DNA from: an uncultured Acidobacteriota bacterium
Lineage (GTDB): Bacteria > Acidobacteriota > UBA6911 > RPQK01 > JAPXNP01
NCBI GenBank assembly: GCA_963777605.1
Contig: CAVZRV010000031.1
Span: forward strand, 320,001-384,000
Direction of reading: 5' to 3'
Length of the DNA stretch: 64,000 nucleotides
Shown here: positions 30,762 to 41,009 of the stretch, one piece after another
Numbering within the stretch: position 1 is the first letter of the stretch
Layout: each line of letters opens with the position of its first letter
The notes under the pieces: model-generated
Told to the model about the DNA's origin: nothing
Database searches by the model: none
What the model saw: only the letters and a program-made list of their open reading frames with translations
Made by a program: the position numbers and the translations under genes

Positions 30762-33593
30762 CTACGGGATCGGTGTGACCGGCAGGGTCGTAAACTCGCC
30801 TGGCGCCGTCCCAAGTTCCAGGGCAGTGGCGACAATTAGGCCATTCAGGCTTCCCGTCGTCACGGTGATGGTCCCCTCGAAGTTAGTCAGGTCCGCGTTC
30901 GGGAACAGCTCGTCTATGAACTTGGCCAGGTGCTCTCCGGCAGCGAGGGCCAGGCTCCGAAGACCACCCTGAACCTGGAGTCCGTCAAGTCCCCGAAGCC
31001 TCAGCGTGACGCCAATTTGTTCCCCCAGGGGATTCGCGACAGCGATTCCCGTGTTGACCGCCTGCTTGCGGACCGGGGTAATGAAACCTCGCACGAGCTG
31101 ACTCGAGCCAACGCCGGCGGTCCCGAACGGAGTGAGTCTGAATCGGATTACCCCACCCAAAGGGTTGTCGAACGCCACGGTTACCGACCCTGTGAGCAGT
31201 TCTCCCAGCCCGTCCGTGGCTATCCGAACAGCTCCGAGCGCGGCTACCGTAACGTCCAACTGGCTTACTTCAGACTGCTGCTCGGCGGTTCCCGGATCGC
31301 CTGTCACCGTCAGGTTCAATGGAAAAGGGCTCCCGTCGTCCCGGCGCAGGGTCACTGTTGCATGGGACGGAGATGCCTCGGACGAGTTGGTGAGAAGGAT
31401 TTCCGAGACCACGTTGGAGGCGCCCGCCCCACCATTACCGAACTGGGCAAAGTAAAGTGTCCCGGCATCGGATATCTCGACGAGAAAGCCGTCCTCGCTT
31501 CCCTTGAGTTGCGGCTGCACCGCGTTCAAGACGGGGAGGGTGCCCGTTGACAGATTGCCGGCCGCGAAAACACGGGTCCCAAACGTTGCGACAACGATAT
31601 CGGGGTCAGCTCCGCCGATCGGAGTCGAATAGACTAATTCCGAACCGTCCGGACTGAGTTTCGCCACGTAATTCTTGAGCCCGTCAAATGCACGGAAGGG
31701 GTCCCGGACCGGAAAATTGGCCGAGGCGTTGCCGGCCACGATCACCCTTCCCAGAGTGTCGAGAGCAATGTCGCCCGCGGTGTCTCCACCCGTTCCGCCC
31801 AGGTAAGTGGAAAATGAGAGGGTCTCACCTTGAGGCGCGATTTTGGCTACAAACGCGTCTCCAATTCCGGTCCCCCCACCGTAGGCAGCCTGGAACGGAT
31901 TGACCGTCGGGAAATCCGAAGAAAGCGTATTCCCCGCAACATAGGCATTTCCGGCCGCATCAGCGAAGATTCCCTGCCCGCTATCGTCTGCGCTGCCCCC
32001 CAGGTAAGTCGAATGGATCAGCGCTCCCTGCCCGCTGAACTTGGCGACGTACGCATCATCCTCACCCTGCAGTCCCGACTGAACCGCCTTGAGTACGGGG
32101 AAATCGGCCGATGGAGTGCGGCCAACGACATAGATGTTTCCGGATGGATCGAGTGCGACATCCTGTCGTCCGGAGAGATTGTCGTCTCCGCTGCCCCCGA
32201 GGTAAGTCGAAAAGACCAGGCCCGAACCATCTGATAGTTGAGCTTCGACACAAAGCCGTCCCATCCGCCCGCACGAGTTCGGCTGAAATGCGCTTTTCAC
32301 CGGGAAGTCCGAACTCGACGTTCGGCCCGTGATCACGGCACTGCCATCCGAATCGACCGCGACTGCGGCTCCGTAACCCCGGCCGACGAACGTGGAATAG
32401 ACCAGCTGCGAGCCGTCCGAACCGAGTTTCACAACAAAGGGACACTGGCCGGAGCAGTCAGTCTGGTAGGAACCGTTTGTCGCCGGGAAGTCGGCCGAGA
32501 AATGTGGTACCGGTGACGAACGACTTCTCCGTCCGAGTCCACCGCGATATCGCGGGCGATGTCGGTTCCAGATCCTCCTATATAGGTCGAATAAATGATC
32601 GAGGACCCGCTCGGATCCAACTTAGTGACGAAGAGATCACCGTTGGGCGTTCCGCCACCTGCGAATTCCTCCTGGGCCGGGTTCCTCAGAGGGAAAGTCC
32701 GTGGAACCCGTGGAGCCGGCGACATAGAGATAACCATCCCGGTCCACCGCCACCGCAGCCGGCACATCCCCCGACGATCCGCCCCAATAGGTCGAGAACT
32801 CCAGCACCGGGTCAATGATCAATTCGCGACTCCGGTCATAGGATGGATCGACTTCAATCGAAACCCTGTCGTCGGGGCCAAGCTGAAACCGCCCTTCTAC
32901 GCTTTGTTGGCGGCCGTCCACCAGTTGGTAGATGCGGGGGGAGTGCTGCCGAATCACTGAAGAGCCCAGGCTCAAAACGAGTTCTCCGTGCCGGCCGAGC
33001 TCCAGGGAATCGGCCCCGGTGAATCTCAGCTGGATTCGGGACGCATCGGCCAAGGGAGACACCACGAAATCGAATTCGAGCTGCTGCCGATCCCCGTGAA
33101 ACCGCAGGTCGATGCCGGGATAGACATTCGGATAGCGGACACTTAGAACGTTGCGAGCCGTGCTGGGCTGAGTCCCGGCAGAGGGTCCGACGCCGATGTA
33201 GGTGGTGCGACCCACCAGTTCCCCTTCTCCCCGGGGAGCAACTCCCGGAGTACTGTCAACAAGCTCCATCCGAATCCGGGGTGAACCGGTACTCGATTGC
33301 GCAACCGTGTGGTTCGGGAACTCTGCAGGTGCCCTTTCGACCCAAACGATCTCATCCCGGCTCAACATCATCGTAAACCCGGGAAGACGAACCCGGAAGC
33401 CCGGGTTGAAAGAAGCCTGCCGAATGTCTTCCTCAAAAGCGAACGGCCGCACCAGATCACGGGTGCGGTAATGGGTTGTTGTCCCCGCACCAAGGACGGA
33501 GTCACTTGACGGCAGGCCCAGCAAAAGAAGGGTTGTCGCAATCCAGGCGGACAGGAAAACCGGTTTCAGAGAAGGCTTGTTGACTGGTCGCAT
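30762..33593 (-). CDS. Secreted SBBP-repeat protein with a C-terminal beta-sandwich domain (several frameshifts at 32430-32700)
   Basis: YPGIDL..LEFDFVV.P, LIIDP..STY.GG; repeated G.T.S.DFP..DAFV.K..STYLGG; pieces 32637..33875, 32429..32815 and 30762..32432. Confidence 0.85.
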
Positions 33594-33799
33594 GAAGCCT
33601 CTATTCCACGGTTGCGAGATGGAGTCAGGAAGACCGGCGCAGGGAGGTCCGGGAGCCGGAACCTCTTTTCCATCTCTGATTATAGGAAGTGTTTTATTTA
33701 CTTTACCGGAACTTCCTTCAGTGGGTCCAGAGGTTTCTCGTGGATCGCTCTGTCTGGTCTGCCGTGCCCGCGTCCAGTATCCGCTTGTCAGACTCTTTC

Positions 33800-34060
33800 T
33801 TGGAATCTCAATCGACCGGAATTGGCCCGATCGTGAAAGCGCTGCATGGCATGGCGGAAAGGATTCCCGGATCAAGGCTCACCTGGATCTGGGGTTTGTA
33901 TACCGAGGTCACGACGTGGTTCGTCTTCTTTGCAGTCGTCTCAGGTTCGGCTCTCTGGGTAACGCGAAGACGCAGGAGAAGGAACGGAGTGATCCTCGGG
34001 CTTGGTGCGTTGATCCTCCCTCTACCAGACGTAGTTACTCGGGCGCCTTCCTCGATTTGA
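33800..34060 (+). pseudogene. C-terminal remnant of a PepSY-associated TM protein
   Basis: ALHGM..WGLYTEVTTWFVFFAVVSGSALW resembles the LH..W..D..SG.YLW end of the genes at 6234-7561; no N-terminal half. Confidence 0.5.
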
Positions 34061-35435
34061 GGAACGCGACGACTTGGTCCAGTTCCTTGGCGGACAATAT
34101 CCCGCCGAAACCCGGCATGTTGTATCCACCGTTGAGCACGCGGATGATCATTTGCTGCTCGGTCAGGCGATCTCCGACCGTCGTCAGATCGGGTCCCCGC
34201 CGGCCACCGTATCCCGATACTCTGTGGCAGTAGAGGCACCCCCGAGTCGCAAACAGCCCCGCTCCCAGGTGAACTGGTCCTGCCGCGGCGCCGATCACCG
34301 AGTCCGGAAGGGGCTGGGCGCTGAAATCCGGCGACCAGTCCGCCTGGACTCCCGCCCGCCAAAGCACGGCGACCGAAACAACGATGGCCAGGACGCTGGC
34401 TACGGCCCAAGGTCGCTTTCGAGGACTCCGTTCCCCCGTTGGAAAGACGATCGGAAGAAGGAGCAGGACGAGGACCGCCAGGAGGGGCCCGAGAATAATC
34501 ACGTAGTCTTCGGCTCCATGGGGAAGCAGTGCCAGCACCGCGAAATACCAGAGCAGGTACCAGTCCGGCCTCGGCTGAGCATCGATGATGGTGGGATCGG
34601 GCGGCCGGCCAATCACCGGAGGTCCGATCCACCAGGCGAGGAAGACGACTCCGAGCAGCACGACGACCCCGAAAATCACGTCTCTCCAAGCCGCACCGGG
34701 CCAGAACGGGATCCCTTTCGACTCCAACATCGAGGTGTACCAGACCCGGTAACTCCGCTGGTCGACCAGCCTTCCCGGGACCGGCGGTTCGGAGATCCCA
34801 TTCCGAATCACCATATAAATGTGAAATCCAACCGTCGCGATGATGACCCCTGGGAGCACGAAAACGTGGATCACGAAGAACCGGCTCAGGGTAATGCTGC
34901 TGAGGGTTCCCCCTGCCAGGAGAAGACGTGCCAGCCAGTCACCGACCAACGGAGCACGACCGGCCTGTTCGGCCCCTACGACAATCGACCAGACAGCGTT
35001 CTGGTCCCAACGCAGCAACTGCCCGGTGAACCCCATGCCCACCGTCAGGAAGAGCAGACCGACGCCGCTGATCCAGCTCATCTCGCGAGGAAACTTGTAG
35101 GAGCCGGTCAAAAAGACCCGGATCATGTGGGCACCAATGAAGAGGATCATCGCCGATGCTCCCCAGTAGTGCATGCCTCGGACTATGGCTCCGAGTGTCG
35201 CGGTATCCGTAATGAATTTCAGACTCTGGTAGGCCTCTGACGAGGAGGGTACATACAAGGTTGCCAGGACCACGCCGGTTACCATCTGAATGACAAAGGA
35301 AATCAGTACTGCACTGCCGAAAACATAACTCCAGCCCGTGTTCGGAGGCACAGGGTGGCTGGCAAGTGGCGCCAGCATATCAACAAGACCGGTCCGGTCG
35401 TTCAGCCAATCCAGAACCGTCTTCAAGATCCCCAT
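34035..35435 (-). CDS. qcrB: Cytochrome b (Rieske/cytochrome b complex) fused to a C-terminal cytochrome c
   Basis: RGMHYWGAS..HM.RVF.GSYK.PRE, RFF..H..H, PDWYLLW (PEWY-like), CLYCH..GPDL..MP. Confidence 0.92.
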   Translation of the reverse strand: MGILKTVLDWLNDRTGLVDMLAPLASHPVPPNTGWSYVFGSAVLISFVIQMVTGVVLATLYVPSSSEAYQSLKFITDTATLGAIVRGMHYWGASAMILFIGAHMIRVFLTGSYKFPREMSWISGVGLLFLTVGMGFTGQLLRWDQNAVWSIVVGAEQAGRAPLVGDWLARLLLAGGTLSSITLSRFFVIHVFVLPGVIIATVGFHIYMVIRNGISEPPVPGRLVDQRSYRVWYTSMLESKGIPFWPGAAWRDVIFGVVVLLGVVFLAWWIGPPVIGRPPDPTIIDAQPRPDWYLLWYFAVLALLPHGAEDYVIILGPLLAVLVLLLLPIVFPTGERSPRKRPWAVASVLAIVVSVAVLWRAGVQADWSPDFSAQPLPDSVIGAAAGPVHLGAGLFATRGCLYCHRVSGYGGRRGPDLTTVGDRLTEQQMIIRVLNGGYNMPGFGGILSAKELDQVVAFLKSRKAPE

Positions 35436-35472
35436 AAATACCGTTTCCCTTCCCCTCGAAACAGGATCGTCC

Positions 35473-35985
35473 TCAAGTGATCGGAATTGGACTCGACTGA
35501 ACCTGGACCTTTCCGTTCCGCACTCTCACCGGATACTCTTGAAGCGGCTTCGGCGGCGGCCCGGCTGCCACATTGCCATCGATGTAGTAGACCCCTCCGT
35601 GGCATGGACACATGAAAAGCTTCGCACTCGACTCCCATCTAACCGGGCAGCCCAAATGAGTGCAATTTAGCGAATAAACGACGAAATCTTCTTCACCACG
35701 CCGGTACAGCCAGGCTCCGGTCTTGGCTGTCACGCCAGACCAGGGAACCGTCGAGACATCCTCAATGCTGATCTCAACGATTTTCCCAACTTCGAACTGC
35801 CCCATGCGCCCAACCTCTCGCCAGGCCCCGGGCAATTTCCTGAACAGCGGTGCAAACAGGAAACCGACGACCGGGACGGCCAAGACGGCTCCGCCGACTG
35901 CTCCGGCAACTGCGCTCAGGTAGGTGAAGAATCTCCTCCTCGACGCTGACTGCAGGGGTTTACTGTGATCGGCGTTAGTTGTCAC
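35473..35985 (-). CDS. qcrA: Rieske 2Fe-2S subunit
   Basis: Tat signal SRRRFF; CTHLGC; CPCHGG. Confidence 0.95.
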   Translation of the reverse strand: MTTNADHSKPLQSASRRRFFTYLSAVAGAVGGAVLAVPVVGFLFAPLFRKLPGAWREVGRMGQFEVGKIVEISIEDVSTVPWSGVTAKTGAWLYRRGEEDFVVYSLNCTHLGCPVRWESSAKLFMCPCHGGVYYIDGNVAAGPPPKPLQEYPVRVRNGKVQVQSSPIPIT

Positions 35986-36226
35986 TATTCAGTTCTCCAA
36001 TCCAGTGATATAGGGAAATCGCAAATCCGATGAGCCCCACTACTGAAATGACCCAGGAAGTCAGAAAGCCGAACAACAGAACGACGGAGGTTAAAGCCGC
36101 AATGGCGGGCCAATAGGTTGGATCCGGCACCTCGGGAGACCGGGGTTCGGTCCAATCCTCTCGACTCTTGGTCTCTGCTACCCCACGAACTGCCCGGAGT
36201 CCATTTCGATCCTCAGTCACGCTCAC
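35975..36226 (-). CDS. Small oxidase subunit IV-like membrane protein
   Basis: P.PTYWP motif plus two TM helices ending WI.E; operon context. Confidence 0.6.
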   Translation of the reverse strand: MSVTEDRNGLRAVRGVAETKSREDWTEPRSPEVPDPTYWPAIAALTSVVLLFGFLTSWVISVVGLIGFAISLYHWIGELNSDN

Positions 36227-36259
36227 AACTTCCTTTCCCGTCCTGTCTCTCCCGTTCTC

Positions 36260-37084
36260 TCATTCTCGTCCTCCATCGGGCACGCCGCCTCCCGACGACT
36301 GGAGTTCGGGAGTGCCGTACCATCGCCCGAGGACAATCATGAGTGCTGTCAGAAAAAAAATGCCTCCCAGGACCCACATGAGAACACCACCCAATTGCTG
36401 ATCGTCGGCCGCATCAAGTCCCCAGGTGTTTCGAATCAGATTCAACGCGTGGTAGGGGTCCTCGGGGTTCAGATAGTAGGGATAGAACCCGGCAGGGGCA
36501 AAGGTCAACAGGACTCCAAGCAATGTGTTGGTCAGAGCTCCCAATCCGAGATAAGTCACTGCCGTTGCAGTCTGATATCGATACTCGTCGAGTGGAGTGA
36601 AAATCGGCCACCAAAAGATCGCGCCCGTTACGAGAAAGGTCAGATGCTCAAAAATGTGGATACGCTCGTCGACAAGCGTGGCGTTGTAGAGAAACGGAAG
36701 GTGCCAGATCCAAAGGGTTCCAATCCCCAGTAACCATGCAAGGCGAGGCTCCGAAAGTATGGCCTGTAACCGGCTGACCCAACCGTGCCGAAGGGCGGAT
36801 CGGAGCTCCGCCTTCGGCAGACCCGAAATCATCAGGGGTGGAACCAACAGAACCAGCAGGAGGTGCTGCATCATGTGAGCGCTGAACAGGTAGGTGTCGC
36901 CCAGTTCATCCAAGGGCGACACCAGTGCAAGGAGAAGGAACAATACCCCCGACCCATAAAGCAGGACAGAACGGAGCGGCCGCCCCCGCGCGACAACCAG
37001 ATGCCCCACAAAGAGCAGCGCACAGCCCACCAGGATTGATGGTTCGGGCTCCCAGGTCGACTCAAGCAGTTCCAGTGTCGTCAT
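36260..37084 (-). CDS. ctaG: CtaG (caa3-type) oxidase assembly factor
   Basis: SPLD..YLFSAHMMQHLLL, WHLP, EH, DQQLGG.LMW. Confidence 0.9.
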   Translation of the reverse strand: MTTLELLESTWEPEPSILVGCALLFVGHLVVARGRPLRSVLLYGSGVLFLLLALVSPLDELGDTYLFSAHMMQHLLLVLLVPPLMISGLPKAELRSALRHGWVSRLQAILSEPRLAWLLGIGTLWIWHLPFLYNATLVDERIHIFEHLTFLVTGAIFWWPIFTPLDEYRYQTATAVTYLGLGALTNTLLGVLLTFAPAGFYPYYLNPEDPYHALNLIRNTWGLDAADDQQLGGVLMWVLGGIFFLTALMIVLGRWYGTPELQSSGGGVPDGGRE

Positions 37085-37088
37085 AGCA

Positions 37089-37649
37089 TCATCCAAGAAA
37101 GGCCCACAGGTAGATGACGCCGAAGATGAAGACCCAGACCACGTCGACGAAATGCCAGTACATAGAGACGGCCTCAACTGCGACCAACTTTGGCTTCTCG
37201 AGTCCGCTCCGCGCTCCCATCCAGAAAACCACCGCGAGCATGATCAGCCCGACTGTCACGTGCAGCCCATGAAATCCAGTCACCGTGAAAAAAGTAGTCC
37301 CGAAAAGATCCCGGCTGATGGTGACATGCTGTCGAATGAGATCCGCATACTCCAGACCCTGGCCCACAAGGAATGTCAGCCCAAAGAGTATCGTCAGTGC
37401 CAGCCAGCCCAACGCCTTTCGCGAGCGATTCGCCTTCCGGACCTGTACGCCCGCTTGCCAGACCGTAAAACTGCTCGCAAACAGAAACAAGGAAAAGACT
37501 CCCGTCTTGTAGATATTTAAACTGCTGGCCGCGGTCGGGCCATTGCCGTGAGTCCGGTGGTAGGTCACGTAGGCGAGGATGAGGAGCAGGAAGAACACCG
37601 CCTCAGACAACAGAAAGAGGCTCATCGCCAGCTTGTTCTTTTCACTCAT
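37089..37649 (-). CDS. ctaE: Cytochrome c oxidase subunit III (short form)
   Basis: FLLSE..FF; FF..TGFHGLHV; YWHFVD.VW. Confidence 0.93.
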   Translation of the reverse strand: MSEKNKLAMSLFLLSEAVFFLLLILAYVTYHRTHGNGPTAASSLNIYKTGVFSLFLFASSFTVWQAGVQVRKANRSRKALGWLALTILFGLTFLVGQGLEYADLIRQHVTISRDLFGTTFFTVTGFHGLHVTVGLIMLAVVFWMGARSGLEKPKLVAVEAVSMYWHFVDVVWVFIFGVIYLWAFLG

Positions 37650-37658
37650 GGCAGGACC

Positions 37659-39323
37659 TCACGCTCCTCCCTCATGTTTCCAGTCGGGATCATCGGGATG
37701 CTCAAGGTCCCAGAGGGGTCGCCGGCTTCGAACCGGCGGGAGGCTCTCAAAATTCTCTACCGGTGGCGGAGAAGCGGTAGCCCATTCCAAGGTCCAACCC
37801 TGCCAGGGATTGGGCCCGGCGAGTTCACCTCGGAACGCGCTGTAGGCTAGGTTCACGCCGAAGATGAGCATCGAGATTGCCAGCAGGTAGGCGCTCAACG
37901 TCGAGATCTCGTTGAGGACACCGAGATAGGGCAGATCCGGGTACGTAAACACTCGCCGCGGCATCCCGAGCAGTCCCATAAAGTGCATGACGAAGAAGGT
38001 TCCGTTGAAGCCAATTACGATGAGCCAGAAATGGACCTTTCCCAGCCGCTCCGACAGCATCCGCCCGGTCATCTTCGGAAACCAGTAGTAAATGGCGGAG
38101 AAGAGCGTGAAGAGCGCGCCGCCGAAGAGGACATAGTGGAAGTGAGCCACCACGAAGTAGGTGTCGGTCAACTCCCAGTCGATCGGCACCGCTGCGAATG
38201 CCACCCCGCTGAGGCCACCGATCGTGAACTGGATGATGAACGCAGAGGCAAACAGCATCGGGGTTGAAAACCGGATCTTGCCACCCCACATCGTGGCAAG
38301 CCAGTTGAAGATCTTGATCCCGGTGGGCACGGCAATCAGCATGCTGGCGCCGGCAAACACGTAGTAAATCGGAAATCCGAGGCCGGTCGCAAACATGTGG
38401 TGGACCCAGACGCCGAAACTCAGGAAGGCGATGGCGACCGTTGACATTGCCATGAACCCATAGCCGTAGATGGTCTTGCGAGAGAACACCGGAATCACCT
38501 CGGAGACCATGCCGAAACCGGGGAGGATCATGATGTAGACTTCCGGGTGTCCGAAGAACCAGAAGTAGTTCTGCCACAACAGGGCCGACCCTCCCGCCTG
38601 GGGCTGAAAGAAGAGCGCGTTCAACTGGCGGTCGGCCAGTAGCATCACCAGGGCGGCATTCAGGGCGGGCATCGCAAGGATGATCAGGAAGCCGTTGACG
38701 AAGGTCATCCAGACGAACAGCGGAAGCCGGCGCATGGTCATTCCCGGAGCCCGGAGAGTAATCACGGTAACAACAATATTGATCGCCGACGCGACCGTGC
38801 CGACGCCAACTGCCAGAAGGGCAAGTGCCCAGTAGTCTTCACCAGGACTGAATGAGTAGGCCTTCTCGGTCAACGGAGCGTAGGCGAACCAGCCCGCAGC
38901 CGGGGCGCCCCCAGCGACAATACTGAAATAGAGGAGCAATCCTCCTGCGACCGTAATCCAGAATCCAAAAGCATTCAGCCTTGGAAAGGCCATGTCCCTC
39001 GCCCCAATCATCAGGGGAATGAAATACATCGCAAAACCCAACAGGGACGGTACGACCACCAGGAAGATCATCGTGGTGCCGTGCATGGTGAACACCTGGT
39101 TGTAAGTGTCTGGAGACAGCCAATTGTTCTCAGGCCTGATCAACTGGGTGCGCATGATCAGAGCTTCCGTCAGGCCAACCAGGAAAAAGAACCCGGCCGA
39201 CAGGAGGTACATGATCCCAATCTGCTTGTGATCGACGGAACTCACCCAGCTCAACAGTCCTCGATACTCGGGGACATCCCAGATCGAACCTCCCTTTTCC
39301 AGATGACGCACGCTCTCGCTCAT
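37659..39323 (-). CDS. ctaD: Cytochrome c oxidase subunit I, type A1
   Basis: DHK.IG, TMHGT.M, GHPEVY, WVHHM, VVAHFHY, GMPRR. Confidence 0.97.
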   Translation of the reverse strand: MSESVRHLEKGGSIWDVPEYRGLLSWVSSVDHKQIGIMYLLSAGFFFLVGLTEALIMRTQLIRPENNWLSPDTYNQVFTMHGTTMIFLVVVPSLLGFAMYFIPLMIGARDMAFPRLNAFGFWITVAGGLLLYFSIVAGGAPAAGWFAYAPLTEKAYSFSPGEDYWALALLAVGVGTVASAINIVVTVITLRAPGMTMRRLPLFVWMTFVNGFLIILAMPALNAALVMLLADRQLNALFFQPQAGGSALLWQNYFWFFGHPEVYIMILPGFGMVSEVIPVFSRKTIYGYGFMAMSTVAIAFLSFGVWVHHMFATGLGFPIYYVFAGASMLIAVPTGIKIFNWLATMWGGKIRFSTPMLFASAFIIQFTIGGLSGVAFAAVPIDWELTDTYFVVAHFHYVLFGGALFTLFSAIYYWFPKMTGRMLSERLGKVHFWLIVIGFNGTFFVMHFMGLLGMPRRVFTYPDLPYLGVLNEISTLSAYLLAISMLIFGVNLAYSAFRGELAGPNPWQGWTLEWATASPPPVENFESLPPVRSRRPLWDLEHPDDPDWKHEGGA

Positions 39324-40252
39324 TGCAACTCCTCGAGATAGTTCGCGATTTCCTCGAATGCCTTCCGATCCAGGTTCAGCCGGGGCATGTGAGAGCCCGG
39401 TTTGTACTTCTGGGGATCGGTGATCCAGTTGAGGAGGTTTTCCCGGGTGTTGTAAAAGACTCCGGCTGCCAGGGTCTGGCGAGAGCCCACGTGCGTGAGA
39501 TCGGGACCGACGGTTCCCTTGGCTTTGGTCCCCCGGATGGTGTGACAGCTCGAACAGGTCTCCTGCTCGAATAGCCGGGCCCCTTCGCGGGCATCGGCCC
39601 CCGTGGGTTCGTGCGCCGCAACCGACTGCTCTTCAATCCAGGTATTGAAGGCCGCTTCCGGTTCGGCGATGACCCGGATGCGCATCCAGGCGTGCCCCGC
39701 CCCACAGAATTCGGCACAACTTCCCAGGTAGGTGCCCGGTTCGAGGACGTCGTACCAGGCGTAGTTGGGGTGGTTGGGAATGGCATCGACCTTTTGGCCC
39801 AGCGCTGGCACCCAGAAGTCATGAACGACGTCCGCCGATCGCACCTGGAACAAGAGATCCCGGCCAACCGGAATATGAATCTCGTTGGCCGTAGTGACTC
39901 CGCCAGGAAGGTAGTGGACTTCCCACCACCATTGGTGAGCCACGATCTCGACATCGGGCGGCTTACCGGCCGGCTTCGGGTCTACCGCGTGCATCACCTT
40001 GACCGTGTAGATGAACAGTCCCGTCACGATGAGCAGAGGAACAATGGTCCAGATCCACTCCAGCGTCTCGTTGCCGAAGTCCTGGACCGGGACGAAATCA
40101 GGGGGTTGCCTCCGGTTGCGAACGATGATCGCAACAACCAGGCCGGCGACCACCAGGAGAATTGCCCCGGCAATGACCAGGTTGACGTAGAAAAGCCTCG
40201 CGATTTCCTCCGCCTGGGCAGAGGAAGGTAGCAGCGGGCTGACAACATCCAT
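39320..40252 (-). CDS. ctaC: Cytochrome c oxidase subunit II with fused cytochrome c (caa3 type)
   Basis: QWWW, DVVH.FW, CAEFCGAGHAWM (CuA), CSSCH..GPDLTH..MP. Confidence 0.95.
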   Translation of the reverse strand: MDVVSPLLPSSAQAEEIARLFYVNLVIAGAILLVVAGLVVAIIVRNRRQPPDFVPVQDFGNETLEWIWTIVPLLIVTGLFIYTVKVMHAVDPKPAGKPPDVEIVAHQWWWEVHYLPGGVTTANEIHIPVGRDLLFQVRSADVVHDFWVPALGQKVDAIPNHPNYAWYDVLEPGTYLGSCAEFCGAGHAWMRIRVIAEPEAAFNTWIEEQSVAAHEPTGADAREGARLFEQETCSSCHTIRGTKAKGTVGPDLTHVGSRQTLAAGVFYNTRENLLNWITDPQKYKPGSHMPRLNLDRKAFEEIANYLEELQ

Positions 40253-40275
40253 TTTCGTCAAACCAATCAGTTGAA

Positions 40276-40554
40276 TCAGAGCCGCGATCTCAAGATCAGA
40301 CTCAGTATCGCGACAAAAAGCGCAGACCCAATGATCGACCAGATGATCGGGAACGAATTCCCTCCAACCTGGACAGCCAGAACCCCTCCGAGACCAAGAA
40401 TCCGGGCGAGCCAGCTCCCGATCAGAGCTCCGACGAAACCGAGGGCGATTGAGCCAAGACATCCCGTGTGGGAGTAGCCGACGAGGCTCTGGCCGAGGGT
40501 ACCGCAGACGCCGGCAATCAGCAAGAGCAACAGGAACTCAACCAGTGTCACCAA
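40276..40554 (-). CDS. GlsB/YeaQ/YmgE family membrane protein
   Basis: LGFVGALIGSWL..IWSIIGS; three TM helices. Confidence 0.8.
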   Translation of the reverse strand: MVTLVEFLLLLLIAGVCGTLGQSLVGYSHTGCLGSIALGFVGALIGSWLARILGLGGVLAVQVGGNSFPIIWSIIGSALFVAILSLILRSRL

Positions 40555-41009
40555 TCCTCCCCGGGATCATCTCGGACGCGGAAACCCATGCAACTCCTCA
40601 TGTCCCAAACCGGACCATGAACCCCAATCCGAAGTTACGGAAGCCGGCGAAAAGCCGCAATCGGCTCAGGTCCGAGATTTATCTAGGGATTTTACTTAGC
40701 ATGTGCGCAAAGAACTTTCGGGGCACGGAGAAACGTCGGTTCAGCAGCCGGGCTGGTCACCCCCTTCGACTTCGATTGCGTCAGGCACCGGAGCCAGACC
40801 CCCTGATCTTTGGTCTGCCAGGTTCGCAGATTTCGGCTCGATCGGAGCGCTAACGCTTTGAGTTGCGAGTGACGACTTTCGGGTTTCGAGTGTTTGATTC
40901 TCCTTGACGGGCGGTTTCCCGGGGTGTATTCAGGAAGACAACCACCCGCCTCCGGGGCCGACCATCCCGGACCTCGAGATGGCTGGTTCACTTCACTCTG
41001 GCTGGGGAA

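Noticed and set aside
40560-41000. Possible ncRNA or riboswitch upstream of the oxidase operon
   Set aside because: No recognisable RNA family motif by eye; an Rfam search would be needed.
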